Below are positions 1-7,666 of a stretch of 64,000 nt of DNA, piece after piece. Source of the DNA: a virus. Its lineage: Duplodnaviria; Caudoviricetes. The notes under the pieces are model-generated. The model worked only from the letters and a program-made list of their open reading frames with translations. It ran no database searches and was not told the DNA's origin. Made by a program: the position numbers and the translations under genes. The DNA lies in the IMG/VR virus record IMGVR_UViG_3300037424_000993, positions 11,518-75,517 of that record; one strand, given 5' to 3'. How positions within the stretch are numbered: the stretch's first letter is position 1; the number at the start of each line of letters is the position of its first letter.

Positions 1-177
1 GGTTGCTTGGGCTTGTGGCACTCACAGGGGCACGGCGTGGTTTTGCAGTACGCTCCCAAACTGCACTTTGGACAGGGCAGGGGGCATTGAGTACAATTTC
101 GCGTCGTGACCCACTCATCGTGGTTTTCGTCAATAAACGACACACGGTGACTGTCCTTGCAGTGGTCGCATACGGGC

Positions 178-390
178 TTAGGCATTGTCGCCCCCTTGAA
201 CGCTCGAGAAGTAGCCGCCTATCGCGTGGTTGAGCTGAAGCGACAGTTGTCGCCAGTTTCCGGCTATGGCCCACCACCATCGGGCCTCCCATGGCTGCCT
301 CCGGAGCGCCCGAGCAACGATGTGCTGCGAGTACGGGTAGCCGACGAAGGCCCAGCGTCGGAGTGCTTTGCGAGCGATGCGGCGGTTCAC
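178..390 (-). CDS. small hypothetical phage protein (70 aa)
   Basis: GTG start at 390 overlaps the TGA of the upstream ORF (GTGA overlap at 387-390); part of a coupled chain downstream of int. Confidence 0.5.
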   Translation of the reverse strand: MNRRIARKALRRWAFVGYPYSQHIVARALRRQPWEARWWWAIAGNWRQLSLQLNHAIGGYFSSVQGGDNA

Positions 391-602
391 TGGGTGCCGC
401 CTTTCCCCGGCAACCACCACCTGCCACGCCTCGCGCCAGGCCACTTGACGACGCGGAGCGCTCCGCAGTCGAGGCACCACTCAGTCACGATCGGTCTAGC
501 AGACGGAGCGCCATGGACTAGGACAACGCTACCGGGGGTCCAGATACCACGAGTGCCACTCGGCGCGAGGTAGCGGGAGCGCTTGTGTCGGCATCGGCTC
601 AC
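387..602 (-). CDS. small Cys-containing hypothetical protein (71 aa)
   Basis: GTG start overlapping the upstream stop (GTGA at 599-602); CRH...WCLDCG motif. Confidence 0.55.
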   Translation of the reverse strand: MSRCRHKRSRYLAPSGTRGIWTPGSVVLVHGAPSARPIVTEWCLDCGALRVVKWPGARRGRWWLPGKGGTQ

Positions 603-1033
603 GAGGCACCGCCTTTCCGCGGAGGCCACGGATTGACCCGCACAGCTCCCCTGTATTGCCCGTAGTGAATAAGGCAAAGGTGACGATCCTCGCCTACTTC
701 ATGAGCGCAGTCGGGACACAGCGGAGCGTCGCAGGTTTTCCCGCCGCCCATTGGGTAATCGCAGAGCAGATCGGCAAAGTAGCCGCAGGTGCAAACGTCG
801 AGCTCGCCAGGCTTGAAGCTGCCACAGATGAACATCTCAGCGCCGCCGCCTGCCATTGTTTTCTCTCTTGCAATCTGGACTTCCAAAATCTCCTTTGGAG
901 TGCGCGTTACAAGCTGCCCTTTCACAACGTGACGCTTCTCGCTCTCGGAGGCCGGGTAACCATGGCCCCATCCCAATGCCTCTTTGGCTTCGTACAGAGA
1001 CGAAGGGCGCGACTTGCCTTTCAGGCAGGTCAC
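599..1033 (-). CDS. Cys/His-rich (Zn-binding) phage protein
   Basis: CTCGYFADLLCDYP...CDAPLCPDCAHEVGEDRHLCLIH; GTG start at 1033 overlaps the integrase stop (GTGA at 1030-1033); alternative start at 856. Confidence 0.6.
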   Translation of the reverse strand: MTCLKGKSRPSSLYEAKEALGWGHGYPASESEKRHVVKGQLVTRTPKEILEVQIAREKTMAGGGAEMFICGSFKPGELDVCTCGYFADLLCDYPMGGGKTCDAPLCPDCAHEVGEDRHLCLIHYGQYRGAVRVNPWPPRKGGAS

Positions 1034-2493
1034 TGGGCGCCTCCGGAGCAGGCTGTGATGCCCCACTTCTGACCGGGGATAACCTTGAGTCGGTGGGCTG
1101 TCTTGACGAGCCCCCGCAGAGGTGCCAAATACTGGGTGCGGATCCCACTATGGCCAGTATTCGCGTGCTCTAGCGAGTCTCCGCGAGGCGAAAACTCCGA
1201 AAACCCTAATAGTTGTAGCCGAAACCTGACCCTTGAGGTGCTAGTGGGGTAACTCCCGTGGAGGTTCGAGTCCTCTCCTTCGCACTGCAGGAAAACAGCT
1301 ACTTTAGGGCGGCCCGCGCACACCCCGAAAACGCGCTTTTCGACGCCGCCCCCAGTATCGCCCCCACTATTGCCGCTCACCAGGTCGACCACTTCGGCGG
1401 CCTGCTTCTCGTCGGCGTGGCTGTAGCGATTGGTCGTGCTCGCCTGCTTGTGGCCCACCAGGAAACCCACGCCCAGGGTCCGGCCGCCGCTTTGGTCCAT
1501 TAACTCGGTGGTCCGAGCATGGCGCATATCGTAGGCCTTCACCCGGCTGGCGATGTGCTCGGGGATGCCGGCGGCCCGAGCCGCCTGCCTGAGCGACGTG
1601 CGGTAGTCTAGTGTCCGGACCAGCTGGCCCCCATTCCGGAGCTGCCCGAGCCGGTGGATCTCGGCGTGGTAGCAGCCCTCGAGCAGTTCGCACGCGTGCG
1701 GGCTCAAAGGCACCTTTCGCTCCCAACGATTTTTATCGACATCCTCAGTCACGTCGAGGTGGCGCTGGCCCGGGTGCCAGTGGGTGCCAACGCGGAAGCC
1801 ATCCCAGAATCCCGGGCGTAGCGCCGTCTCGAACATCAGCGCGAAGTAGGGCCGGAGCGGCCATTGCTCGCCGCTCTTTCGGTTTTTGCGGCAAAGGTCG
1901 GGAAGGTGCGGAATCAGCTGGCGTGCCGTCGCCGCGGTGAATCCCTTGGTCCAGCCGCTCGGCGCTTGCTTAGCCTTGGTACCCAAGCTCTTGTGCGGGC
2001 GGTCAGGGAAGCGTGGGATCTGCCCGATCCAGCTCTTGATTTCAGCGAACTTCAACACCTGCATCAAAGTGCTCAGCTCCTTTTGCACCGTGCTGTACCG
2101 GACGCGCTTCAGGCGCTCGGATTGGTACGATGCGAGCGCTCCGCGCGTGACGTCGCACAGCCGCTTGAATCGCGGCAAAAGGTGCACGCGCAGATGAATC
2201 TTTCGCAGGTTCGCTGTTCGCTCCGTGATTTCACCACCGGACTTTTCGGCCAGGTACGCCGCTGCCACCTCCGACAGTTTCGCTGTCGGATCGTTGCCTG
2301 TCTGAACCTCGTTTTTCCACTGTCCGGAGTAGACCCAGTCGAGCCGATCCGCCTTCCACCGCGTAGCGCGCGCCAGATCGTCCGCTGGAATGACGGCCGT
2401 CTTGAAGTCGTGTCTCGTGCCCTCGTGCGTAAATCGCAAGCGCCACCATTTGCCGGTGTGCGTAAGCTGCGGATCGCCAGGCTTGCGCGCCAT
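1030..2493 (-). CDS. int: tyrosine recombinase / phage integrase with C-terminal extension spanning attP
   Basis: Catalytic motifs ETALRPG (R), DKNRWERKVPL (K), YDMRH, VGHKQASTTNRY (H, Y357); next to xis and the att core. Confidence 0.95.
   Translation of the reverse strand: MARKPGDPQLTHTGKWWRLRFTHEGTRHDFKTAVIPADDLARATRWKADRLDWVYSGQWKNEVQTGNDPTAKLSEVAAAYLAEKSGGEITERTANLRKIHLRVHLLPRFKRLCDVTRGALASYQSERLKRVRYSTVQKELSTLMQVLKFAEIKSWIGQIPRFPDRPHKSLGTKAKQAPSGWTKGFTAATARQLIPHLPDLCRKNRKSGEQWPLRPYFALMFETALRPGFWDGFRVGTHWHPGQRHLDVTEDVDKNRWERKVPLSPHACELLEGCYHAEIHRLGQLRNGGQLVRTLDYRTSLRQAARAAGIPEHIASRVKAYDMRHARTTELMDQSGGRTLGVGFLVGHKQASTTNRYSHADEKQAAEVVDLVSGNSGGDTGGGVEKRVFGVCAGRPKVAVFLQCEGEDSNLHGSYPTSTSRVRFRLQLLGFSEFSPRGDSLEHANTGHSGIRTQYLAPLRGLVKTAHRLKVIPGQKWGITACSGGAQ
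1124..1374. repeat. putative integrase arm-type sites (CCCA[C/G]TAT) on both sides of the att core
   Basis: CCCACTATGGCC 1144-1155, GCCAGTATTCGC 1153-1164, inverted CCCAGTATTTGGC 1124-1136, tandem CCCAGTATCGCC 1351-1362 and CCCACTATTGCC 1363-1374. Confidence 0.6.
1232..1284 (+). other. attP core: 3' half of tRNA-Leu(GAG), from anticodon loop to discriminator
   Basis: CTTGAGGTGCTAG-TGGGGTAACTCCCGT-GGAGGTTCGAGTCCTCT-CCTTCGCA: anticodon GAG, long variable arm, T-arm and 3' acceptor strand; the 5' half is absent. Confidence 0.9.
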
Positions 2494-2757
2494 TTAGGCT
2501 GCCCCTTCGAGTTCGGCTGCAATGTCCGCAATCTGCTTGCTCGAACGCACGAGGGCGCGCGCCTTCCTGCGGCGCTGTTTAGCCACAGTGGGCGTATGCG
2601 CGTGCTCGGTCATGTAGGCGTCCAGCTCGCTCGGTTTGAACATTGGTTTGCGTCCGATCATGTGTCGTTCGATCTTGGGGTACACGTGCTTACGGAACGT
2701 GGTGGGGCTCACCCGTAGATAGCGGGCCGCCTCCTCGAGCGTTAGGTACGGGCTCAT
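2494..2757 (-). CDS. xis: excisionase / HTH recombination directionality factor
   Basis: YLTLEEAARYLRVSPTTFRK...IGRKPMFKPSELDAYM winged-HTH pattern, directly upstream of int. Confidence 0.85.
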   Translation of the reverse strand: MSPYLTLEEAARYLRVSPTTFRKHVYPKIERHMIGRKPMFKPSELDAYMTEHAHTPTVAKQRRRKARALVRSSKQIADIAAELEGAA

Positions 2758-2781
2758 CAGTTGCCGCCTCGGTCGTCAGGG

Positions 2782-3741
2782 TCACCACTGCTCTTGCAGT
2801 CGTGCCCCGCTCTCACCGTGCTGGCCAGGCTTGCCCCACAGGGGCACGACCTTCGTTCGCTCTTCGATCTCATCGCAGACGCCGCGGAACGCGTCCTTGA
2901 CTGTCTGCCTGATGCGATGGAGCTCGACGAAGAAGCGGACCTGCCCGCCGCTCACCCGGTAACGCAGCCGCACCGGAAGCACGTAGGAACGCGCGGCATA
3001 CTCAAATATCGGCAGCTGGATCAGGAACAGGCTCGGCACCTTGACCTTGCCTCCGCCCCCGTCCTTGTGCTCTTCGACGAACGTCAACGTGCGCTCGCCG
3101 CTGTTGGTATTCGCTCTGTCGACGACCTTGCCCGTCGAGTGAATCTCGAGCCCTCCCGAGAGGGCGAGCACGTCTTGCGGCGATGCGATGGCCACGCCGA
3201 GTTTCGTAGCGAACGCCTGCGCATTTTGCGCGACCTGCGCGACTTCCGGATTGACCACGTCGACCACGTCGACGAAGCGCTCGTCAAGGAACAGTGCGAA
3301 CTCATCGACCGTGAAACCCAGCTTGCGATCCTGCGCTCGCTGCCAAGCCAAATACTCGTCCGAGAACGGCAGCGGCATGTGCGCGCCGAACGCCTCGAAG
3401 CGCGCCTCGCCATCGGGGCCGCCTCGGTGGGCGTCGTAGAGCGCTGTCACAGCTGGCGCATCGCGATCGAGGAATACCAGCGAGTGATCGTCCTTGAACT
3501 TGTTCACGTGCTCACAGAACGAGTCCAGGTCGCTAAGCGTGTAGATGCCCGTGCGACGCTCAGGCTCGGTGCGCAGTTCGTCCAGGAACGGCTTGAGCGA
3601 TTGGAGCCGCATCCCAGCCGGGACGCATGCCACGTTGCACTCGGCGCTGGTGCCTCGAGCTGCGGTCAAGGTTTCCGGCTTGAAGCCGTCTTTGAATAAC
3701 TGCGCAGCGGCAGCGGTTTCGGAAGCTGTATTATTTGCCAT
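2782..3741 (-). CDS. YfdQ / DUF2303 family phage protein
   Basis: 319 aa; C-terminal VPSLFLIQLPIFEY...LPVRLRYRVSGGQVRF pattern typical of DUF2303. Confidence 0.8.
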   Translation of the reverse strand: MANNTASETAAAAQLFKDGFKPETLTAARGTSAECNVACVPAGMRLQSLKPFLDELRTEPERRTGIYTLSDLDSFCEHVNKFKDDHSLVFLDRDAPAVTALYDAHRGGPDGEARFEAFGAHMPLPFSDEYLAWQRAQDRKLGFTVDEFALFLDERFVDVVDVVNPEVAQVAQNAQAFATKLGVAIASPQDVLALSGGLEIHSTGKVVDRANTNSGERTLTFVEEHKDGGGGKVKVPSLFLIQLPIFEYAARSYVLPVRLRYRVSGGQVRFFVELHRIRQTVKDAFRGVCDEIEERTKVVPLWGKPGQHGESGARLQEQW

Positions 3742-3778
3742 CTATTATGGTCCTTTCCCCGGCCAAATGCCGTGTGAA

Positions 3779-4171
3779 TCAGTTGAGTTTTTCGTCCTCG
3801 GCCTCGGCGAGAACGCGGGCATCCTTGTCAAACAGGTCTTCTTGGTGCATCTCTGGCGTGCTTTGGAGACGCCCGCCTTTGCCTACGAAGAACGTCGTTG
3901 CTGCCCGCTTCTTCGTCGGGAGCTTGCTAGTCAGCTTGTATTTCAGCTGGACCACGCCCTTTGCGTTGACCTCCGGCGATAGCACCAGGGTCACCGCACC
4001 GCCGCCGATCGTGCCGTCCTTGAGAGACGCCTCGACCTTGCTCGCGCGGATCACTTCGCGCAGCATTCGTTCTGCTTCCCACGGCAGGTCATCGATGCGC
4101 GACAGCGTGTCGAGGAACTCTTTCCCGTCGTCTTCCTGCTCGGCCAATATCTCGTCTGTGCTCTTTGCCAT
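3779..4171 (-). CDS. YfdP-like partner of the DUF2303 protein (130 aa)
   Basis: ATG at 4171 with GGAG RBS; G.VTLVL...LKYKLTSKLP.KKRAATTFFVGKGGRL...QEDLF pattern; usual position upstream of DUF2303. Confidence 0.65.
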   Translation of the reverse strand: MAKSTDEILAEQEDDGKEFLDTLSRIDDLPWEAERMLREVIRASKVEASLKDGTIGGGAVTLVLSPEVNAKGVVQLKYKLTSKLPTKKRAATTFFVGKGGRLQSTPEMHQEDLFDKDARVLAEAEDEKLN

Positions 4172-4239
4172 GCGTGAAACTCCTAAACTAGCCGCTAACC
4201 GCGGCCGGAAAGATTGCGCCGCTCCCGGGCGGCCGTTAG

Positions 4240-4589
4240 TGGACCCGCTGGGAATCGAACCCAGGTCCGCGAAGCCTACAAGCCATCGTCGTCCACATGC
4301 TTGGTCGAGGTACGGTCGGCTAGCCTCGACAGCCGTTGACGCCAGGGGGTCGGCGCCTCCACCACCCGCTATTTCTCGCTGGTCGCTCGCGGGATTGTTA
4401 CCAGCCAGCCCGTGTGGTGACGCCGCTGAGATACTCGGGCTCCTTGCCCAGCGACGGCTTAGGCCGCTTGCGCGACTTCGGCGATTGCGTTGGTATTCGC
4501 AATTGGAGTTGCTCATTTGGTCAAGCCGGTACGAGCGCCGGCTGCATGCACGATGACCCTTCGATTCCACGTCGAAACCATTCGGGCCC
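4240..4589 (-). ncRNA. ssrA: tmRNA (full length, one-piece), tag ANTNAIAEVAQAA
   Basis: 5' GGGCCCGAATGGTTTCGAC; 3' GGACCTGGGTTCGATTCCCAGCGGGTCCA; acceptor stem with G3-U70; pk1 AGCCGG/CCGGCT plus GCTC/GAGC; tag ORF 4500-4459 ending in AA-stop; AAGCATGT helix-2 motif. Confidence 0.93.
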
Positions 4590-4596
4590 AGAACGG

Positions 4597-4670
4597 TTGC
4601 GGGAGCCCGATTTGAACGGGCAACCTCTTGGTTATGAGCCAAGCGAGCTACCGGATTGCTCCATCCCGCA
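4597..4670 (-). tRNA. tRNA-Met(CAT), initiator-like variant
   Basis: TGCGGGATGGAGCAATCCGGTAGCTCGCTTGGCTCATAACCAAGAGGTTGCCCGTTCAAATCGGGCTCCCGCAA: full cloverleaf, A11-U24, A72-A73, TTCAAAT T-loop. Confidence 0.92.
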
Positions 4671-4812
4671 GTTGCACGGTGCCCACCGGCCGCCATGGCA
4701 ACCGGTGAGCTGGGCATCTGCCCGGAGACGCCCGTGCGCGCCCCTTCGTTCTCTGTTTTTACAAATAGGTGTGCTTGGATCGGCGTTTGCCGTCCGTTAG
4801 TCTGGAACTGGG

Positions 4813-5007
4813 TTAGCCGGTTGGTACCCGGACAACCCGCTTGTCGTTGAAGTACTCCCAGGGAAGCGTCTTCCCGTCGCGATCGAGTCCGCGCGGCTGA
4901 ATCGCAATACTCGTCGTTCCGTCCAGGTACGTGATCGCGGCAACGGCTGTGCCCGTGTATCCCGTGATCCTGTCCGTGACCTTGTCGCCTAACTCGATGT
5001 CTCCCAT
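4813..5007 (-). CDS. small conserved phage protein (SH3-like beta fold, 64 aa)
   Basis: IELGDKVTDRITGYTGTAVA...YLDG...IQP pattern; GGAG RBS. Confidence 0.7.
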   Translation of the reverse strand: MGDIELGDKVTDRITGYTGTAVAAITYLDGTTSIAIQPRGLDRDGKTLPWEYFNDKRVVRVPTG

Positions 5008-5214
5008 TGCTTTCTCCGTTTCCTTCCTCGAACGGCGTTAGCCGTCCGTTAGTAGCGCCGCCCGGTATCCCCCAGGCGGCCAAAGGGGCCGGTACCCGCC
5101 GGCACGGTCCAGACGGATCAATGCCCCGACGCTCTTGCGCGAGCAACGGTGACTCCCCGGATGGATTTAGTAGTCTGGTCACTTGCGCTGCCCTTCCGGC
5201 AATTCCCTGCCATT

Positions 5215-5424
5215 TCACGCCGCCGCCTCCCGCAGCATCTCCCGCAGCCGCAACACAGCAGCATGCGGCACCGGCGTCTTGCCAGCCTCCCAACGACGTA
5301 GAGTACGGTGTGAGCACTCGAGGTGATTCGCCGCGGCGAGCTCAGCCATGATGCCGCGACCGAATACTTGGAGGCGTAGAGCGCGGAATTCGCGGGCAGC
5401 GCGGTAGTGGATGGGGATTGTCAT
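5215..5424 (-). CDS. XRE-like HTH protein
   Basis: ELAAANHLECSHRTLRRWEAGKTPVP. Confidence 0.7.
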   Translation of the reverse strand: MTIPIHYRAAREFRALRLQVFGRGIMAELAAANHLECSHRTLRRWEAGKTPVPHAAVLRLREMLREAAA

Positions 5425-5729
5425 CGTTTCGCCTCTCTCTGCCGGTACGCCTCCAACAGCGAATCCTTGATTTCCAGAGCTTCATCAGCGATGCGCAGCT
5501 GACGCTGAAGCTGCGCGACTTCGTCAGCTAGCTTGTTCAGCTCGACAACGACCCAGCTCCAGTCGCGCACGAAGGTGTTGTCCTCCGGCTCGCCCCTGTC
5601 CGCGCCGAGCTCGCGCAAGGTGCCGTCGGGCATGCGCTCGCAGAGTGAGGAACGCTCAGATTCTGAGTAGCCGAGCAGCTTCGCGGATTCGCGCGGGTTG
5701 AGGACTGTGAAGCGGGGGGTAGGGGTCAT
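5421..5729 (-). CDS. hypothetical protein with C-terminal coiled coil
   Basis: ATG at 5729 overlapping the upstream stop; LNKLADEVAQLQRQL heptads. Confidence 0.55.
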   Translation of the reverse strand: MTPTPRFTVLNPRESAKLLGYSESERSSLCERMPDGTLRELGADRGEPEDNTFVRDWSWVVVELNKLADEVAQLQRQLRIADEALEIKDSLLEAYRQREAKR

Positions 5730-6571
5730 AGTCCCGAGCCTTTCGGCCACGTTCGCCCGCAGCGCGGGCAATAATGAAGCCCGTAAGATGTCCTGCTAAC
5801 AAACTCGCCGCAGTGGCTGCACTCTCTTCCTCCGCTCATCTGAGGCCGTATCGCGTCGTCTGCTACTAGCAGTTTCATTGCTCTAGCAATTTTGCGGAGC
5901 GCCGTGGCCTCGATATGCCGAACGGCTTCCCTGCTACGACCTATCGAGGTACCCACTTGCTCCAGCGTCTGAGGAGCAATCCAGCACTCATGAATTTCCA
6001 TGTCGACGCAGTCGAAGCAAACCGGCTCAATACATGAGAGACAGCCGAAGCCGGTCGTGAAAAGCGCGTCGCACGTAATGCACTTGTATTGATAGTCTTT
6101 CGGGGCCTGAAGTTGCCGCAGCGGCGACGAAGAGAATGGACTTGCTTCTTCGACATCGTTTGCTTGCGCGAACGAGACAGGAAGCGCCAAGTCGATCGTG
6201 ACGCCTAGGTTTTCAGCGCAACGGTCAGCTATGTCGGACTTGTGCCTTTCGTCACTCCATCGCGAATACAGCGCACCAGTGGCGTCGAACATGAGCGCAA
6301 ACCCAGAGCGGAAGTTGGCGCGCGTCCTGGCCCACCGAGCACTGGCACACTCAGAGCACATGGACTCGCGACCGTCGTAGGCTGCGCGGTTCAAATAGGC
6401 AACGGCGCGAATGGCCCACCTGCCGCACTCGCACTGCAGCAGCCACCGATTGCCGCTCTCGGTACGCTCCGCACAGCGGACAGCGGTCAGCAGTCCAAAC
6501 TTGCGCCCGGTGATGTCGTGACCCTTGCCGATTGGCGACTCTTCGGGCAACCGCTGGCAGATTGCCATCAT
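5726..6571 (-). CDS. multi-domain DNA-binding protein (endonuclease-type N-module, sigma70-r4-like HTH, Zn ribbon)
   Basis: DITGRKFGLLTA...WLLQCECG; TLEQVGTSIGRSREAVRHIEATALRKI; CSHC...CPRCG. Confidence 0.65.
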   Translation of the reverse strand: MMAICQRLPEESPIGKGHDITGRKFGLLTAVRCAERTESGNRWLLQCECGRWAIRAVAYLNRAAYDGRESMCSECASARWARTRANFRSGFALMFDATGALYSRWSDERHKSDIADRCAENLGVTIDLALPVSFAQANDVEEASPFSSSPLRQLQAPKDYQYKCITCDALFTTGFGCLSCIEPVCFDCVDMEIHECWIAPQTLEQVGTSIGRSREAVRHIEATALRKIARAMKLLVADDAIRPQMSGGRECSHCGEFVSRTSYGLHYCPRCGRTWPKGSGL

Positions 6572-7422
6572 GCCTCCGCACCCGTCGTTGGTTCAGGCAA
6601 CAGAAAGTTCAGCTGCAGCATCTTGCGGCCAAACTTGTGGTCAAACTTCGCCCAGAACTCTTCCTTGCTGCCGACCGTTTCGGCGATTGTCGTGATGCTC
6701 GGTATTGCGCCGCGCAGACGTTCGCGAGCTACCGGCTGCAGGAACTGGTGATGGTTCGCGCCGAACTTAGGATCCGGATTGCGCTCCTTGAGTATCCGGT
6801 AAACGTCTGCTCCGAGCAGCGTCTTGTAGATCCGCTCGTAGGTGCTCGCTAGCCAGGCCGGTTGGGCTCCGCCGTCCCATAGCTCACCGTGCAGCTTGCA
6901 CATGGCCCGCACGAAGTCTCGGGGCCACATCAGATCCCATTCGCAGCTGGTCAGGGCCAACACCTGCCGCGCGAGCCACGGAATGTTCTGCTCGCGCTCG
7001 TAGGCCTCCTTCGCCGCCAGGAACACATGGATGATGGCCCACAGCAGGGCGTTGGCTGTCTTCGTCTCCGACTTGGCCGTAACGAAGAGCGCCTCGTCCA
7101 TCTTCAGCCAGTATTCGGTGACGGGGTATTCTCGATATGCCGGCTTACCGTCTGCCGTTTTTGCGCCAGTTCTTTGGCGCCCCACCGTGGGGCGGCTAAA
7201 AACACTCGGCAATTCGCCATCTTTTTTGAGGCGTTCAATCAGCTCACGGATTTTCCTTGGCCGCTCGAATCCAAGGCGTTTCGCAAGCTCGACGTCAAGA
7301 ACGCGACGCTCTTCATCGTCGAAGCCGTGAACACCGATCGGCCACTCGAGGAAGCGGACTACGGTGATTCGGTCAGACTTGACCGTGTCACCGGCGGCGT
7401 TAGTGGCGATTGTGTGGCTCAT
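6568..7422 (-). CDS. phage antirepressor with C-terminal P63C domain
   Basis: N-terminal VLDVELAKRLGFERPRKIRELIER; C-terminal WDLMWPRDF...IYKTLLG...LKERNP...HHQFL. Confidence 0.8.
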   Translation of the reverse strand: MSHTIATNAAGDTVKSDRITVVRFLEWPIGVHGFDDEERRVLDVELAKRLGFERPRKIRELIERLKKDGELPSVFSRPTVGRQRTGAKTADGKPAYREYPVTEYWLKMDEALFVTAKSETKTANALLWAIIHVFLAAKEAYEREQNIPWLARQVLALTSCEWDLMWPRDFVRAMCKLHGELWDGGAQPAWLASTYERIYKTLLGADVYRILKERNPDPKFGANHHQFLQPVARERLRGAIPSITTIAETVGSKEEFWAKFDHKFGRKMLQLNFLLPEPTTGAEA

Positions 7423-7658
7423 GCGTCGGGCTCCTCGGTGTCAGGAGCCGGGCCCAAGACTGGCTCGGTCCACTCAAGCATCGGGATCCCCAGCATCTGC
7501 TCAATCTGAGCCATCAAGTCGGCTGACGGCCGACCGATTCCCATCACCCACTTGCTTACCGCTTGCGGGGAAACCCCTAGTTTTTGGGCTAACTCGGACT
7601 GCGACATGACCTTTGGCCGAAGCGCCTCCGAGAGCCGCCTCGAGGCGATGCTCTGCAT
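7419..7658 (-). CDS. Cro/CI-like HTH regulator lacking a peptidase domain (79 aa)
   Basis: MSQSELAQKLGVSPQAVSKWVMGIGRPS XRE HTH; first gene behind the leftward promoter. Confidence 0.85.
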   Translation of the reverse strand: MQSIASRRLSEALRPKVMSQSELAQKLGVSPQAVSKWVMGIGRPSADLMAQIEQMLGIPMLEWTEPVLGPAPDTEEPDA

Positions 7659-7666
7659 GAGTAGGG

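Noticed and set aside
1232-1284. Complete tRNA-Leu gene
   Set aside because: The 5' acceptor strand, D-arm and 5' anticodon stem are missing (GACCC instead of CTAGC); it is an att core only
1864-3699. Long plus-strand ORFs 1864-2718 and 2761-3699
   Set aside because: Antisense shadows of int/xis and the DUF2303 gene in GC-rich DNA; Arg-rich with no motifs
4240-4290. tmRNA 3' end as an attachment-site remnant
   Set aside because: The 5' end, pk1 and tag frame are all present, and the arm-like repeats flank the tRNA-Leu core instead
3779-5317. 512-aa minus-strand ORF in the track
   Set aside because: It runs through the tRNA and tmRNA and overlaps a better ORF; only the last 130 codons (from ATG 4171) look protein-like
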